Made by a program: the position numbers and the translations under genes
In this document: positions 44,288 through 57,500 of the stretch, one piece after another
Numbering within the stretch: position 1 is the first letter of the stretch
Layout of the letters: every line of letters starts with the position of its first letter
Assembly: GCA_964016885.1 (NCBI GenBank)
Contig: OZ024748.1
Location: forward strand, 10,230,001-10,294,000
Direction of reading: 5' to 3'
Length of the DNA stretch: 64,000 bases
Source: Eledone cirrhosa
Lineage: Eukaryota
Notes under the pieces: generated by a model
What the model was told of the DNA's origin: nothing
What the model saw: the letters and a program-made list of their open reading frames with translations, nothing else
Databases searched by the model: none

Positions 44288-44683
44288 TTAACCCTTTAAT
44301 GTTCAAACCGGCCAGAATTCTCTCACCTCTTTCTGTTGAAACTAGCTGTAACTGGCCACTCATACTGATGTTAAGGTATTGTTCTCAAAATAGATACTTT
44401 CAAAATCTCATATTATGTGAGATATTTATGCGAGGTAAATCCTTTACCATGAAAATATAATTGTTTCTACTTTAGGCACAAGGCCAGCAATTATACCAGT
44501 GTATTACTGGTACTTTATTTTATCGACCCCGTAAGGATGAAAGGCAAAGTTAACCTCGGCGGTATTTGAACTCAGTCCGTAAAGGGACGTAACAGTGCTG
44601 CAAAGCATGGTGTCCGACCCTCTACCGAAACTGCCAGAAAATATAATAGTATATATAGAATAATGTGAATGTTAAAGGGTTAA
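44288..44683. mobile_element. TTAA-flanked MITE (piggyBac-like ends) with a nested SINE
   Basis: ttaa|cccttta...taaaggg|ttaa; SINE at 44462-44636 flanked by gaaaatataat direct repeats; related MITE pieces near 21085, 27490 and 33425. Confidence 0.7.
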
Positions 44684-45729
44684 AATACTATCAGTGAGAC
44701 TATATGTATAATTATACATATATATATATAGATAGATAGAGAGAAAGAAAAATCAATATACTGAAACAAGGTGCTGTTGCTAATATATATGTGCATGTAT
44801 CTTAACATTTTCAGACATACCATAGCATAGAAGTGACAGACCTCATCAGGCCCCAGCTGTCACCATCTGGTTGATTTCTGTTGCACCCCAAACTGTATAT
44901 ATTTAGATATATCTGTGTGTGTGTGTGTGGTTATATATGCTGTGTGTCTGTGTGATTATGTATTACAATAATGTGTAATCTTGTATGTTGTTATATCAAT
45001 ATATTGTGTATGGTTATGTATGTGTGTGATGTGTGTGTGGTGTGTATGTGTGTGTGTGTGGTTGTATGTGCGTGTTGTCTGTGTGTGAGGTTATGGATGT
45101 GTGTGTTATGTATGTGTTTGATGTCTGTGTGTGTGGTTATGTATGTGTATGTTTGTATGTGTGTGTGGTTATGTATGTGTATGTTTGTCTGTGTGTGTGG
45201 TTATGTATGTGTGTGGTTATGTTTGTGTGTGGTTATGTATGTGTGTGTGGTTATGTATTACAATAATTGTTTCTACTTTAGGCACAAGGCCAGCAATTAC
45301 CCCAGTGCATTACTGGTACTTTATTTTATCGACCCCGTAAGGATGAAAGGCAAAGTTAATAATATTGCGCGTGATTAATGACTTTAATGTATTCTTTAAT
45401 GTATGTACAAGAAGAGTGTTGTCATTTCTACAGTTGACTGTCACATCTGGCATTCCTGGTGCCTGTACCCTCCTCCTAACCCATAGCTATCGGGGTGGTG
45501 TTGGCACACCAATAACAGTGACCCTTAATGGCTATTTCAACACCTCTCCCCTTGCTACCCTTCAGGGGTAACACTTTCTCTACCCTGTCCACCCAGTACC
45601 ATGTGGCGACATGCACCTGGGATTCTCCCACACTGTCCAGGCTTGTATCATTGGGGTAGCAATGGTACAGGTGACTGATTGTTGTTAGTCCCAGGAAATA
45701 ATATAAAGTTACAGAGGAAGAACAACAAG

Positions 45730-45770
<41 letters not shown>

Positions 45771-45842
45771 TGTGTATGTGTATATGAATGTGTGTATATA
45801 TGTGTGTGTGTGTGTGTATATATATATGAATGTGTATATATA

Positions 45843-45884
<42 letters not shown>

Positions 45885-46368
45885 TGTGTGTGTGTGTGTA
45901 TATGAATGTGTGTGTGTGTGTGTATATGAATGTGTGTGTGTGTATATATATATCTGTGTATGTGTATATATATATTAGAAAAAACGATGTAGTTTCGTTT
46001 ACATGTTTTTATCTTTTATTAAGTATTGACCTGTTGCATGCATTTCACAGATGATTGGTTGAAGGTCACCTGTGAAAGCTATGGACACAACTCCAGCATT
46101 GATCTACTTGTCAGACTGGTGATTCAACTTAAAAAATAAAGTAGTTTACTGAATCATCTATACTATATATATATATATTATATATATATATACACAATAT
46201 ATAGAGAAACACACAGATACATGCGGACACACACATATACATGAATATATCCACATCCATCCTTGAGTTAATGGTGCCAACCTTAACCGATGTTGCTCTA
46301 TGAATAACTGGGACAAACCAATCCGAATGGATTGGACTGAACCAGTATCAGAGCTATAAAGTACATAC

Positions 46369-46417
<49 letters not shown>

Positions 46418-46548
46418 CATATGTATATATATATACATATGTGTGTCACATATATATATATATATATATACATTGTTTGTGTGTCACACAAACAAAATGG
46501 CGTAGGATAGAAGAAAGGAAAGGCACAGAAACGAAGAAAGAAATCCCC

Positions 46549-46593
46549 AGTCACTGAAGAGGTCACAGAGTGTGTGACGAAAGAACTATGACT
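46549..46593 (+). ncRNA. Type I hammerhead ribozyme motif
   Basis: AGUCA-CUGAAGA-GGUCACAGAGUGUGUGAC-GAAA-GAAC-UA/UGACU; helix I 5 bp, helix II 6 bp. Confidence 0.78.
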
Positions 46594-46812
46594 ATATATA
46601 TATATAAACAACTATCTGGTTGTGGAACCAACCAACCAACCAACCAGAAATTTATAAATTTGTAAATTTATAAATATATAATAAATTAAATTGAAGTGAA
46701 AGCAACTGGTGCGTGTGTTTCTTATTGGCAACATGACCCTCCCTAAGTATAACAATATCGGTTTCAACACACGATTTCAGATAAAGAATCTTGCTAAACA
46801 AATTCAGAAACG

Positions 46813-46923
46813 ATATATATATATACATATATGTATATATATATATACATATATGTATATATATATATATATACATATATGTATATATATATATATATAT
46901 ACATATATGTATATATATATACA

Positions 46924-46969
<46 letters not shown>

Positions 46970-47145
46970 TGTATATATATATATATACATATATGTATAT
47001 ATATATATATACATATATGTATATATATATATATACATATATGTATATATATATATATACATATATGTATATATATATATACATATATATACATATATGT
47101 ATATATATATATATACATATATGTATATATATGTAATTATATATG

Positions 47146-47197
<52 letters not shown>

Positions 47198-47251
47198 TAT
47201 GTATATATATGTATATATATATGTATATATATATATATGTATATATATATG

Positions 47252-47334
<83 letters not shown>

Positions 47335-47352
47335 ACATATATATATGTATAA

Positions 47353-47395
<43 letters not shown>

Positions 47396-47407
47396 TATGT
47401 ATATATA
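46813..47407. repeat. (TA)n-type microsatellite
   Basis: Direct reading. Confidence 0.9.
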
Positions 47408-47607
47408 ACCAAATATTAATATGGTTCATTGATTACTCAATGAATATAGTTTTACAATAGATTAAAAGGACATTCACATAATCAAAATATATGTTTTATA
47501 CATACCTCAACTGTCTTGATAGTTCAATTGCAGTATTGGTAGTATACTGCCAATACTGGAATTGAACTTTCAAAACCGTTGAGGTATGTCATACATCAAT
47601 TCATGTA

Positions 47608-47669
47608 TTTTATCTGAGGAGGACGTACTGAAAAAACAGCACATTACCTTCGAAATATATATAATAAAA
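47608..47669 (+). ncRNA. Type I hammerhead motif with decayed helix II (related to the 26850 copy)
   Basis: UUUUAU-CUGAGGA-...-GAAA-UAUAUA-UA/AUAAAA. Confidence 0.6.
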
Positions 47670-47852
47670 CATATATTTTGATTAAGTGAATGTCTTCATT
47701 TATTATATGTAGATATATTGTAAATAAAACGAGTAAATCAGACAAAGTTGGAATTCCTTTTATTAATATAATCTTCTATACACAATCATACACACCCGTG
47801 TATATTTATTTATATATCTATATATCTATATCTATCTATCTATCTATCTATA

Positions 47853-47897
<45 letters not shown>

Positions 47898-48744
47898 TTA
47901 AAATAACAAGACAAACTCAGAGACGCAAAAACACAGTCTTATTAGTTTTACACTTGAGAATGAAGAAACTTAAATGCTTCAACATATTGAACGTTTGTCC
48001 TTCATCAGGAAAGAGCAAACTTCTAAGAAAGGGGAGGTTGGGTTTCGAAGGAAGGTGCAGTATTAAGATGTCTTTTAGTTCTATTGCTTTCTTGTTAGCT
48101 GCCCTTCCTTTTGCCAACCACTCAACTGTGAAGTTACAGTGTACTAGAGTAAACAGGTGTAACCCTCAGCAATACATCAACAACTTAATGACTGTATATA
48201 GACCTCAGTTTATCAACGTGAGACCTCTCTTTTAGCCTTACATATATACACATACACACACATATACATATATACATACTTAAACATACATATATATATG
48301 AATGTATATATAGTTATTTTGCAACACACTGTATGCTTAATTAAAAGCATTTCAAAGACCTTACGCTATTGTTTTAGAGTAGTGACAGTCTCACTTACTT
48401 TAAATTTTCAGCAAACAGGGGAGATAGCTTTATCTCCCCTGTAAGGTCTTCGAAATGCTTTTAATTAAGCATACGATGTATTGCAAAATACACTATGTAT
48501 ACATTCATATATATATCAGTATTTCAGAGCACCAATTCTAATTTACATATATATATATGTATGTATGTATATACATATACACATCTCTATCTATCTCTCT
48601 ATATATATACCATTACTGGAACTTTATTTTATCAACCTCCGTAAGGGTGAAAGGCAAAGTTGACCTCGGCGGGATTTGAACCCAGGTCATAAAGGGAGGT
48701 AACTCTATGCTTCAAAGCATATATATATATATAAAAATAATGTA

Positions 48745-49010
48745 GAAGCACGTGGCCTAGTGGTAAGGGTGTTTCACTTATGACCATAACGTTGGGTTCA
48801 ATTATTGGACTGGGTTGTGTGTTGTGTTCTCGAGCAAAACACTTCATGTTGTTCCAGTATACTCAGCTGAAAATGAGTACCAGCAATAGCTGGGAGTTTA
48901 ACCCTACGATGGTCTGGCGTCCTGTCCAGGGGGGAGTTTGTACTCTCAGTTGCTTAATGCATTGGAAACCGGCTGATGAGCCTCCGGTCTTTAGACAGAC
49001 TTCAGACTAG
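48745..49010 (+). mobile_element. CORE-type SINE
   Basis: gtggcctagtggtaagg...gggttcaatt...ctcgagcaaaacactt...tcctgtccagggg. Confidence 0.72.
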
Positions 49011-49031
49011 ACTAGATATATATAAGCAGAA

Positions 49032-49120
<89 letters not shown>

Positions 49121-49296
49121 ATAAAGGAAAAGAAAATGCTGACAAATTGTTCCCAGTGAAAAATAGTTTAATTAGTAATAAATAAAAATTAGTAAAAGTA
49201 TTAGTTAGTATTCAGCTTTGGTTTTAAGCTTTACCGGTTGCGCATTTCTAATGCTTCACAAAAATAATTTTAAGATAGAGCGCCCGTGATGTTTGG

Positions 49297-49371
<75 letters not shown>

Positions 49372-49394
49372 ATATATATATATATATATAATAT

Positions 49395-49449
<55 letters not shown>

Positions 49450-49455
49450 ATATAT

Positions 49456-49489
<34 letters not shown>

Positions 49490-49495
49490 ATATAT

Positions 49496-49573
<78 letters not shown>

Positions 49574-49590
49574 TATATATATAATATATA

Positions 49591-49622
<32 letters not shown>

Positions 49623-49893
49623 ATATGTATGTATGTATATATGTATGTATGTATGGCTGAGTGGTTAGATTCACAATCGTGAGGATGTGATTACGATTCC
49701 CGGGCGATGCGTTATGTCCTTGAATAAGACACTTTATTTCACTTTGTACCTTCTTCCTGGATTTGCGACCGACAGACACTATTAGCAATTGAAAAGACCA
49801 ATGGAAACATCGTTTCCTCGGTCCGGTTTGACGAGCTCCACCCCGTTCGTTAAGTGAATGAGGTCTGGGATCTTGTCGATATATATATATATA

Positions 49894-49928
<35 letters not shown>

Positions 49929-51445
49929 GTGTGTGGGTATATATATATATACACATGAAAAAATACACCTACGTACATAGACATGCAAGCTTCGTATCCC
50001 GGAGGTGAGGTGGGCTTTATTCCAGTGCCTGCCCTCAGTCGTTTAACGCCTCTGAGGGGAAAGCTCAAGAAATAATTGAAGAAAAATAACATTTATCGTG
50101 TCTTCATCATTTACTCACATTATCTAATGTTTTCTCTGCTTATTTATTTATTTATTATTTATCACTCGGTATCGGTAGAACATTGGACAACATGCTTTGG
50201 GGCCTATAGTTACATTCTGAGTTCAAATCTCACCGAAGTTAGGTTTGCCTTTCATCTTTACGTGGTCGATAAAATAAAGTACCAGTAAAACACTAGAGTC
50301 GATTTAATCGCCTTTCTCCCTGCCCTTCAAATTGCTGGCCTTGTGCCTAAATCATAAATCATTATTTTTATCTCACTTTTATTCACCTGATTTTTCTTTC
50401 TTTTTGTCAAGGTAACTTCCCTTCTAGTCTCTCCAAATATTCGGGTTTAACTAAATAATTAGATTAATACTTGCCTGTCTTTTTAGACAATTTGATATGT
50501 CGTAGATGTGGTATGTGTATAGTTTTTTATTTATTTTATTTTCACTTTTATTATTTGGTTTATTTCGATAAGCGGTGGATGAATCTTTCAGAAAAATACT
50601 GAAAAGACCGTTCGCGTAGAGTTTTAAGTGCATCGTTGGTCGTCTCCATCAAAAGGAGTGGGACTAATATGATTAGTTTGCTGACACTTTTTCCAGTTGT
50701 TAAAACGAACTGAAATATACATCAACACAATTTCTAGTTTTTTCTAACATTTTTCTCTTCTCATTTCTCTTTGTGGCCCATTAAATAACTAATGCAGGCC
50801 TGTGGACTAACTAACAAACAAGGAACCCAGCAAATATATCCACCCTCGACGCTAGGAGCAGAAAACTACAAAACTTAACTTCTTTTTTACTAGGAAAAGA
50901 CCGTATATCTGGCTTCATTGCATGTTTCGCTATTAAGTCACATCTTTTTTCTTCTTTGGTGGAAATCCATCCAAATATTTCATCTGATCTTGCTTTTTAC
51001 CAGGAATTGGAACGGAAGCTGGACCTTTTGAAGAAAGACATAATTATTTATTGTTGCTTATCGTAAATATGTGAGTGTAGTTGATTCACATTGCATACAG
51101 GGACACATCTGTTTTTCTGTATATCTTTTTATCTTGAATCCCACACACGTATATATATACACACAACACTTTCTCTCCTTCTCCAACTCCCTTTCTTATA
51201 CACGTGTGTATATACTACACACATATGTACAATATGTAGCTGTATCTGTCTGTATAAAATTATAGCGGGAAACCTTACTGTAAACAATCGTTTAAATAGC
51301 CAACAAAACAGAAACTCGATAGAAAAACGAAACAACATCCACATAAATAACGGATCTAATTCGAAATCGATCTTCTCTTCGTCGTCGTCTATTTTAAAGA
51401 AAGAAAACATACATACACACACACACACCAACATACATATATAGC

Positions 51446-51596
51446 ATGTCGTCTTTTTCGGACAGCAACTTTGTAAAGAAGTTGTCCGAATTAAACAATA
51501 CACAACAAAGTATTCAGACTTTATCATTGTGGCTCATTCATCACCGCAAACACTCCAAGTCCATTGTCCAAGTTTGGTTTCGAGAACTTCAGAAAG
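51446..51596 (+). CDS. RPRD1B: RPRD1 exon 1 (MSSFSDSNF...VWFRELQK)
   Basis: ATG at 51446, gtaagt donor, phase 1. Confidence 0.93.
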
Positions 51597-54500
51597 GTAA
51601 GTTGTTATAGTTTTTGTTGTTAATTTAACATCAGCCCATATAGAAATATACATGACGAACGACACAACACACACTTCTTACTCTCCCTCTTTATATATAT
51701 ATATATATATTTATAAAGAGAGAGTTCCTTGTCTGATGACCCTGTAACAAGACTCGCTATTCAACCTTAATAAAATGAAAAATATACATATATATATATT
51801 TGCCCTCATCCGGCGGAGTCCATCCAAGTATTACAGCAAATTTCTTTTTCATGTCATACATATATATATAGGTTTCAATGCTGCTGTAGACATGCTGTAA
51901 TATCACGATTGAGTCCCTACAAGTCCACCGGATGAGGGCACACAGCGACCCATAAAGTCACAAATCAAATGGCGAATAGTAACTTTATATTATCTTACCT
52001 TGCTTAGATGAAAAACAAAGTTGACACCTGCAGTATCTAGCTACGTCCCTTCATGTTTTTACTGAAGTATTTCTACACGTGTGTGAACGGATGGTATTGA
52101 ATATAAAGGTAAGGTGTTAACACCTGCCTATTACACAGTGATAGCTAAAGTCTAGATATATTCTGTGTAGGACAGTATATCTATACTTACAATGTTGACT
52201 AATATATATATATACTCTGTGTAATACAGTATATATGTATATATATAGTGTTGGCTAAAAGCTACAGGTATAATCTGTAATATTTCTATATATATTGTAT
52301 TGATTAAAATCTATAGATATATTCTCTTTAGTACAGTACATCTATATATACAGTGTTTGGCTAAAATATATATGTATACTTTGTGTAGTATATCAATATA
52401 TATAGTATTGGTTAAGATCTATAGATATATTCTATATAGTATAGTATATTTATATAGTATTGGCTAAAATCTATAGATGTATTCTATATGGTATAGTACA
52501 TTTATATATATATAGTGTTGGTTAAGATCTACAGATATATAGTTTATGTAGTACAGTACATCTATATATACAGTGTTTGTTTAAAATCTATAGATATATT
52601 CTATATAGTATAATATATTTATAAATACAGTGTTGGTTAAAATATATAAATATATTCTATATAGTACAGTATATATATATAGAGGCCCCTGACCTCTGAC
52701 TGAAAATGTTGTTGGGTATAATATATTATGAAAGCCAAAATATTTTATTGAGGTCCCTTTAAATATTGTGGAACATTGGTCACAGCCTACTCATCCCCCA
52801 CTTTAATCTACCATTGTACATTGGGACCTTAAATATAGTGAGACCCTTCCTCTTATTTAATTGTAAGCCCTACACTGAACCCTTAAATATAGTTTGAGCC
52901 TGGTTTAGTTAGCTATAACCGCTACACTGAACCCTTAAATACAATTTAGGCCTGGTTTATTTAGCTGTAACCTCTACACTGAAGTTTTAAATACAGTTTG
53001 AGCCTGGTTTAGTTAGCTGTAGCCTCTATGCTGGACCCTTAAATACAGTTTGAGTCTGGTTTAGTTAGCTGTAATCTCTACAATGAACCCTTAAATACAA
53101 TCTGACCCACCCTTGTCTTTTTTACTTTTAATTGCAGTAAAACCAAACAAGAAACTCCACTTTATCTACCTTGCTAACGATGTCATCCAGAACAGTAAAA
53201 AGAAAGGTCCAGAATTCTCCAAAGACTTTGGTACCATTCTACCTAATGCTTATAAACACACAGCAAAGTAAGTAGATCTTTAGATTGTCTCTCTACTGTT
53301 GTTGTTGATCTCCTCTTCCCCAACTAAAGACATGCCACTCATGACTAACCCATCTTTTATTCAAATTAAATGTATCTTGGACTACAGCATCTGATGTGTC
53401 ATTTTTGTTTTTAAAAAAAAGTAGGGTGAGTAATTTGAAGAGTATTTCGTTGCTATTTCTAGCATGATTGAATGTCCACAAAGCAGCAGCAAATTGGTGG
53501 AATTGTTAGAGTGTAGAACAAAGCACATTGTTATAGTTATATAGGATTGTCTGTGCTCTGAGTTCAAATCCCACTGAAGTAAACTTGACCCAAAATCCAT
53601 TTTCTACCAGTCCAAGGGGCATTGAATTGGCAGAAGCATTGGACAAAATACTTCGTATTTTTTTCCAGCTATCCACATTGAATTCAAATTCCTGTGTGGC
53701 CTACTTTGGTTGGTAGATGTAATCTACTACCTGGTTCAATACCACTACCTGAGGCTCTTGAGTGGCTTTAGTAGAGTCATCTCTGTTACAAACATTTGGA
53801 ACATCTCAAGGATTGCTTCCTCCCTAACATCAGTCTAAGAAGCCTTTCTATCCCTGACTAAAACAGTAAATAAAAAAAAAAGGGGGCCTCTTATTGGCTT
53901 TATCACCACCAATTAAATACAGTTAGTACAGTGGTGAGCTCTGTCGATATTTAACCCAGAAGGGGAATTACTAAACTCTCAACCTAAACCTATGTTTAAG
54001 TGTTGGAATTGCGTTCCAATTCCTTGTGAAATTTAGTTTTTAGCTGCTACATTCTGCTTTCAAATCCTTCTGGGTCGACTTTTGTCGTTCCTCTGGTTGC
54101 TGAGAGGATGTTTCAATGATGTGGTATACCAGTAATAACTAGGGTTGATTCTATTTATATAAACCCTCAATTCATGCTGTGCTTACTAAATATGGAGCTG
54201 CTAACAGTTGACAGGGAAAACAGCATCCAGCTGTAGAAACCAATCCCTCTGAGCAAGACATGGTCCCACAACCTTCTAGAAGGAACAGTAGCTCCACTTA
54301 AATACAAACTTGGTCTGTAATGAGACATGTCCAACCCATGCCAGCATGGAAAAGTAAGCATAAAATGATGATGATGCTGTTGATATATGATGTTGATGTA
54401 TGATGTTGTTCCAACAGAGATGCTGACGACAAAATCAAACAGACACTGGAAAGAATCCTGAACATTTGGGGAGAGAGAGGAGTTTATGATAAAGATTTTA

Positions 54501-57500
54501 TCAAAGTGATGAGACACAACCTCAGTAAGTTGACAAAATAATAATCCTCCTCTTTCTTTTTTATTTTTCAATGTTTATCATCATTGCAATTCTTCTCACA
54601 TCTTTTGTCATATGTATGTATGTGTGGTGTATATGTATGTATGTGTGGTGTATATGTATGTATGTGTGGTGTATATGTATGTATGTGTGGTGTATATATG
54701 CGTGTGTGTGGTGTATATGTGCGTGTGTGTGGTGTATGTGTGTGTGGTGATTGTGTGTGTGTAGTGTATGTGTGTGTTGGGATCGGTTGTCTTGTTGTAT
54801 GTGATAGGTAAAGCAATACAAACAATAGTATTGTACTTACTATAAGGTGAAATAGTGTCATTCTATGTGGGATAATTAACAGAAATAATAGAATGTTCTA
54901 AATATCTTGCAGAATTGAGTTACAGTCATTTATGTTACGAGGTCAGAACGTGTATATATATATATCGTGGAAAATGGACGTTAAATGAAGATGATGATAT
55001 ACATACACATGTATCTGTATATATGTATATCTAAATAATTGTGTGTGTATGTATATATGTATATGTAAATAATTGTGTGTGTATGTATATATCATCATCA
55101 TCATTTTACGTCTGCTTTTCCCTGCTTACAAGGGTGGGACGTATATGTATATGTAAATAATTGTGTGTATGTATATATGTAAATAATTTTGTGTGTTTAT
55201 ATATATATATATATATATATATATGTAGATAATTGTGTATATATACACACATAAACGGATGTTAAATTATATATGTGTGTTTGTGTATGTGTGTATATAT
55301 ATATGAATGTGTGTGTATATATAAATGTGTTAACATGTAGCAAAGACATCCATGTGGAAACAACCACTTTAAAGGAAAAGGGTGGATGTGTTTAAACCTT
55401 TCTCTGTCATCGCTCTCATATCTATCATCCCTCTCATCTCTGTCATCGCTCTCATATCTATCATCGCTCTCATTGCTCTCATCCCTCTCATTGCTCTCAT
55501 CTCTGCCATTGCTGTCATCGCTCTCATCCCTCTCATTGCTCTCATCTCTGTCATCGCTCTCTTATCTATCATCTCTCTCATTGCTCTCATCTCTGCCATT
55601 GCTGTCATCCCTCTCATTGCTCTCATCTCTGTCATTGCTGTCATCCCTCTCATATCTATCATCCCTCTCATTGCTGTCATCTCTGTCATCACTCTCATAT
55701 CTATCATCCCTCTCATCTCTGTCATTGCTGTCATCACTCTCATATCTATCATCCCTCTCATCTCTGTCATTGCTGTCATCACTCTCATATCTATCATCCC
55801 TCTCATCTCTGTCATTGCTGTCATCACTCTCATATCTATCATCCCTCTCATCTCTGTCATTGCTGTCATCACTCTCATATCTATCATCCCTCTCATTGCT
55901 CTCATTGCTGTCATCACTCTCATATCTATCATCTCTGTCATTGCTGTCATCACTCTCATATCTATCATCTCTGTCATTGCTGTCATCACTCTCATATCTA
56001 TCATCCCTGTCATTGCTGTCATCACTCTCATATCTATCATCCCTGTCATTGCTGTCATCGCTCTCATATCTATCATCCCTCTCAGCTCTGTCATTGCTCT
56101 CATCTCTGTCATTGCTGTCATTGCTCTCATATCTATCATCCCTCTCATTGCTCTCATCTCTGTCATTGCTGTCATCGCTCTCATATCTATCATCGCTCTC
56201 ATATCTATCATCCCTCTCATCTCTGTCATTGCTGTCATCCCTCTCATATCTATCATCCTTCTCATTGCTCTCATCTCAGATTCACCTTGGACAGAGTCAA
56301 CAGATTTATCATCATCTTCAGTATCCAACCACAACAGTAGCAACAACACCACCACCACCACCACCACCTCCAGCAGTACCACCTCAACTACCACCAACAC
56401 CACCGCCGCTGCCGCTGCCGCCACCACCACCACCACCACCACCACCACCACCACCACCAATAAATTACTATCAGTGAAGAAGAAGAAGCAACAAGAACAT
56501 CAATTGACCCTCAAGCAAGAAATTGATGCCATGGATGAGATTGGAGAACCCCCTACGGTAGGTCTTGTAACTTCTCCTCCTTGACCCTTAATGTCCTATA
56601 CCACATGAAACCGCATTAGCAAGACATTTTAAAAAGAAGTACAAAAGCGTAACACTATGACAACATCAAACATTACATTAGAAATTAAAGTATTTCCTTT
56701 AATACTGTTAATGTTCACAACAATCTGTCCAGTAGTAAAGATGGTGAAACTGTGGCCTATTTGGCTTTCTGAATGGCACGTCTGATTTCAAAATTGCTTT
56801 GAAACTTTTAGTAGTGCAGCCCATCTTATGATGAGCCACATCCTATGCAACCCACTGCTTGAAAAAGGTGGCCCATGCCTGCTATAAACAGACCTCATCA
56901 TTTTCACATTGACTTTTCCATGCTGGCATGGCTTTGATGAGACTTTTTGAGGGAGATTGGCTGCTACCTCAGCAAGATTTCAACTCAGAATGTAAAGGGT
57001 CTTAACTCTGTGCTGCAAAGCATGTTGTCTAATGCTCTACCAATGTTGCTAATCCATTAATAATAATAATAATTGTTTCTACTTTTGGCACAAGGCCAGC
57101 AATTATTCCAGTGCATTACTGGTACTTTATTTTATCAACCCCGTAAGGATGAAAGGCAAAGTTAACCTCGACGGGATTTGAACTCAACTAATAATGGTTT
57201 CTGGTTTACAAGGCTGGAAATAATAATAATAATCCTGTTGCCAGATTTGTGTTTGGTTTTGTAACCTGCTTAACATTTCCTTTGTCATCTTTCAGACTGA
57301 AGATCTTGTGAAGAATCTGTATAATCTAGAAAATTCCCCGTCAAGTGATGCTGCTGTAAGAGAAAGAATTGCTGCCCTGCCACAAGAAGTTGCTGATCAA
57401 TCATGTTTAGAAAAGTTAAAAGGTTTAGTATTTCTCTTCTTCCTTCTCTCCCCTTCTTTGACCCCAGGTCAGAGCTGGTCAAGTAGACCTACGATCAAGT

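Noticed and set aside
44798-44855. CUGAUGA...GAAA-AUGU-UA on the - strand as a hammerhead
   Set aside because: Helix I does not pair (GGGGC versus AGAUA).
45433-45570. Exon-like segment (ctacag...gggtaac; LTVTSGIPGACT...)
   Set aside because: No recognisable homology and no partner exons between the two genes.
48965-48995. gaaaccggctgatgagcc as a ribozyme core
   Set aside because: Part of the SINE 3' tail (also near 63240-63280); the order of the boxes and helices does not give an HHR.
55369-56584. 363-400 aa ORFs on both strands (MRAMTEMRGMID / LISVIAVI repeats)
   Set aside because: Product of a stop-free 9-nt-period minisatellite; only 56280-56557 fits the RPRD1 gene model.
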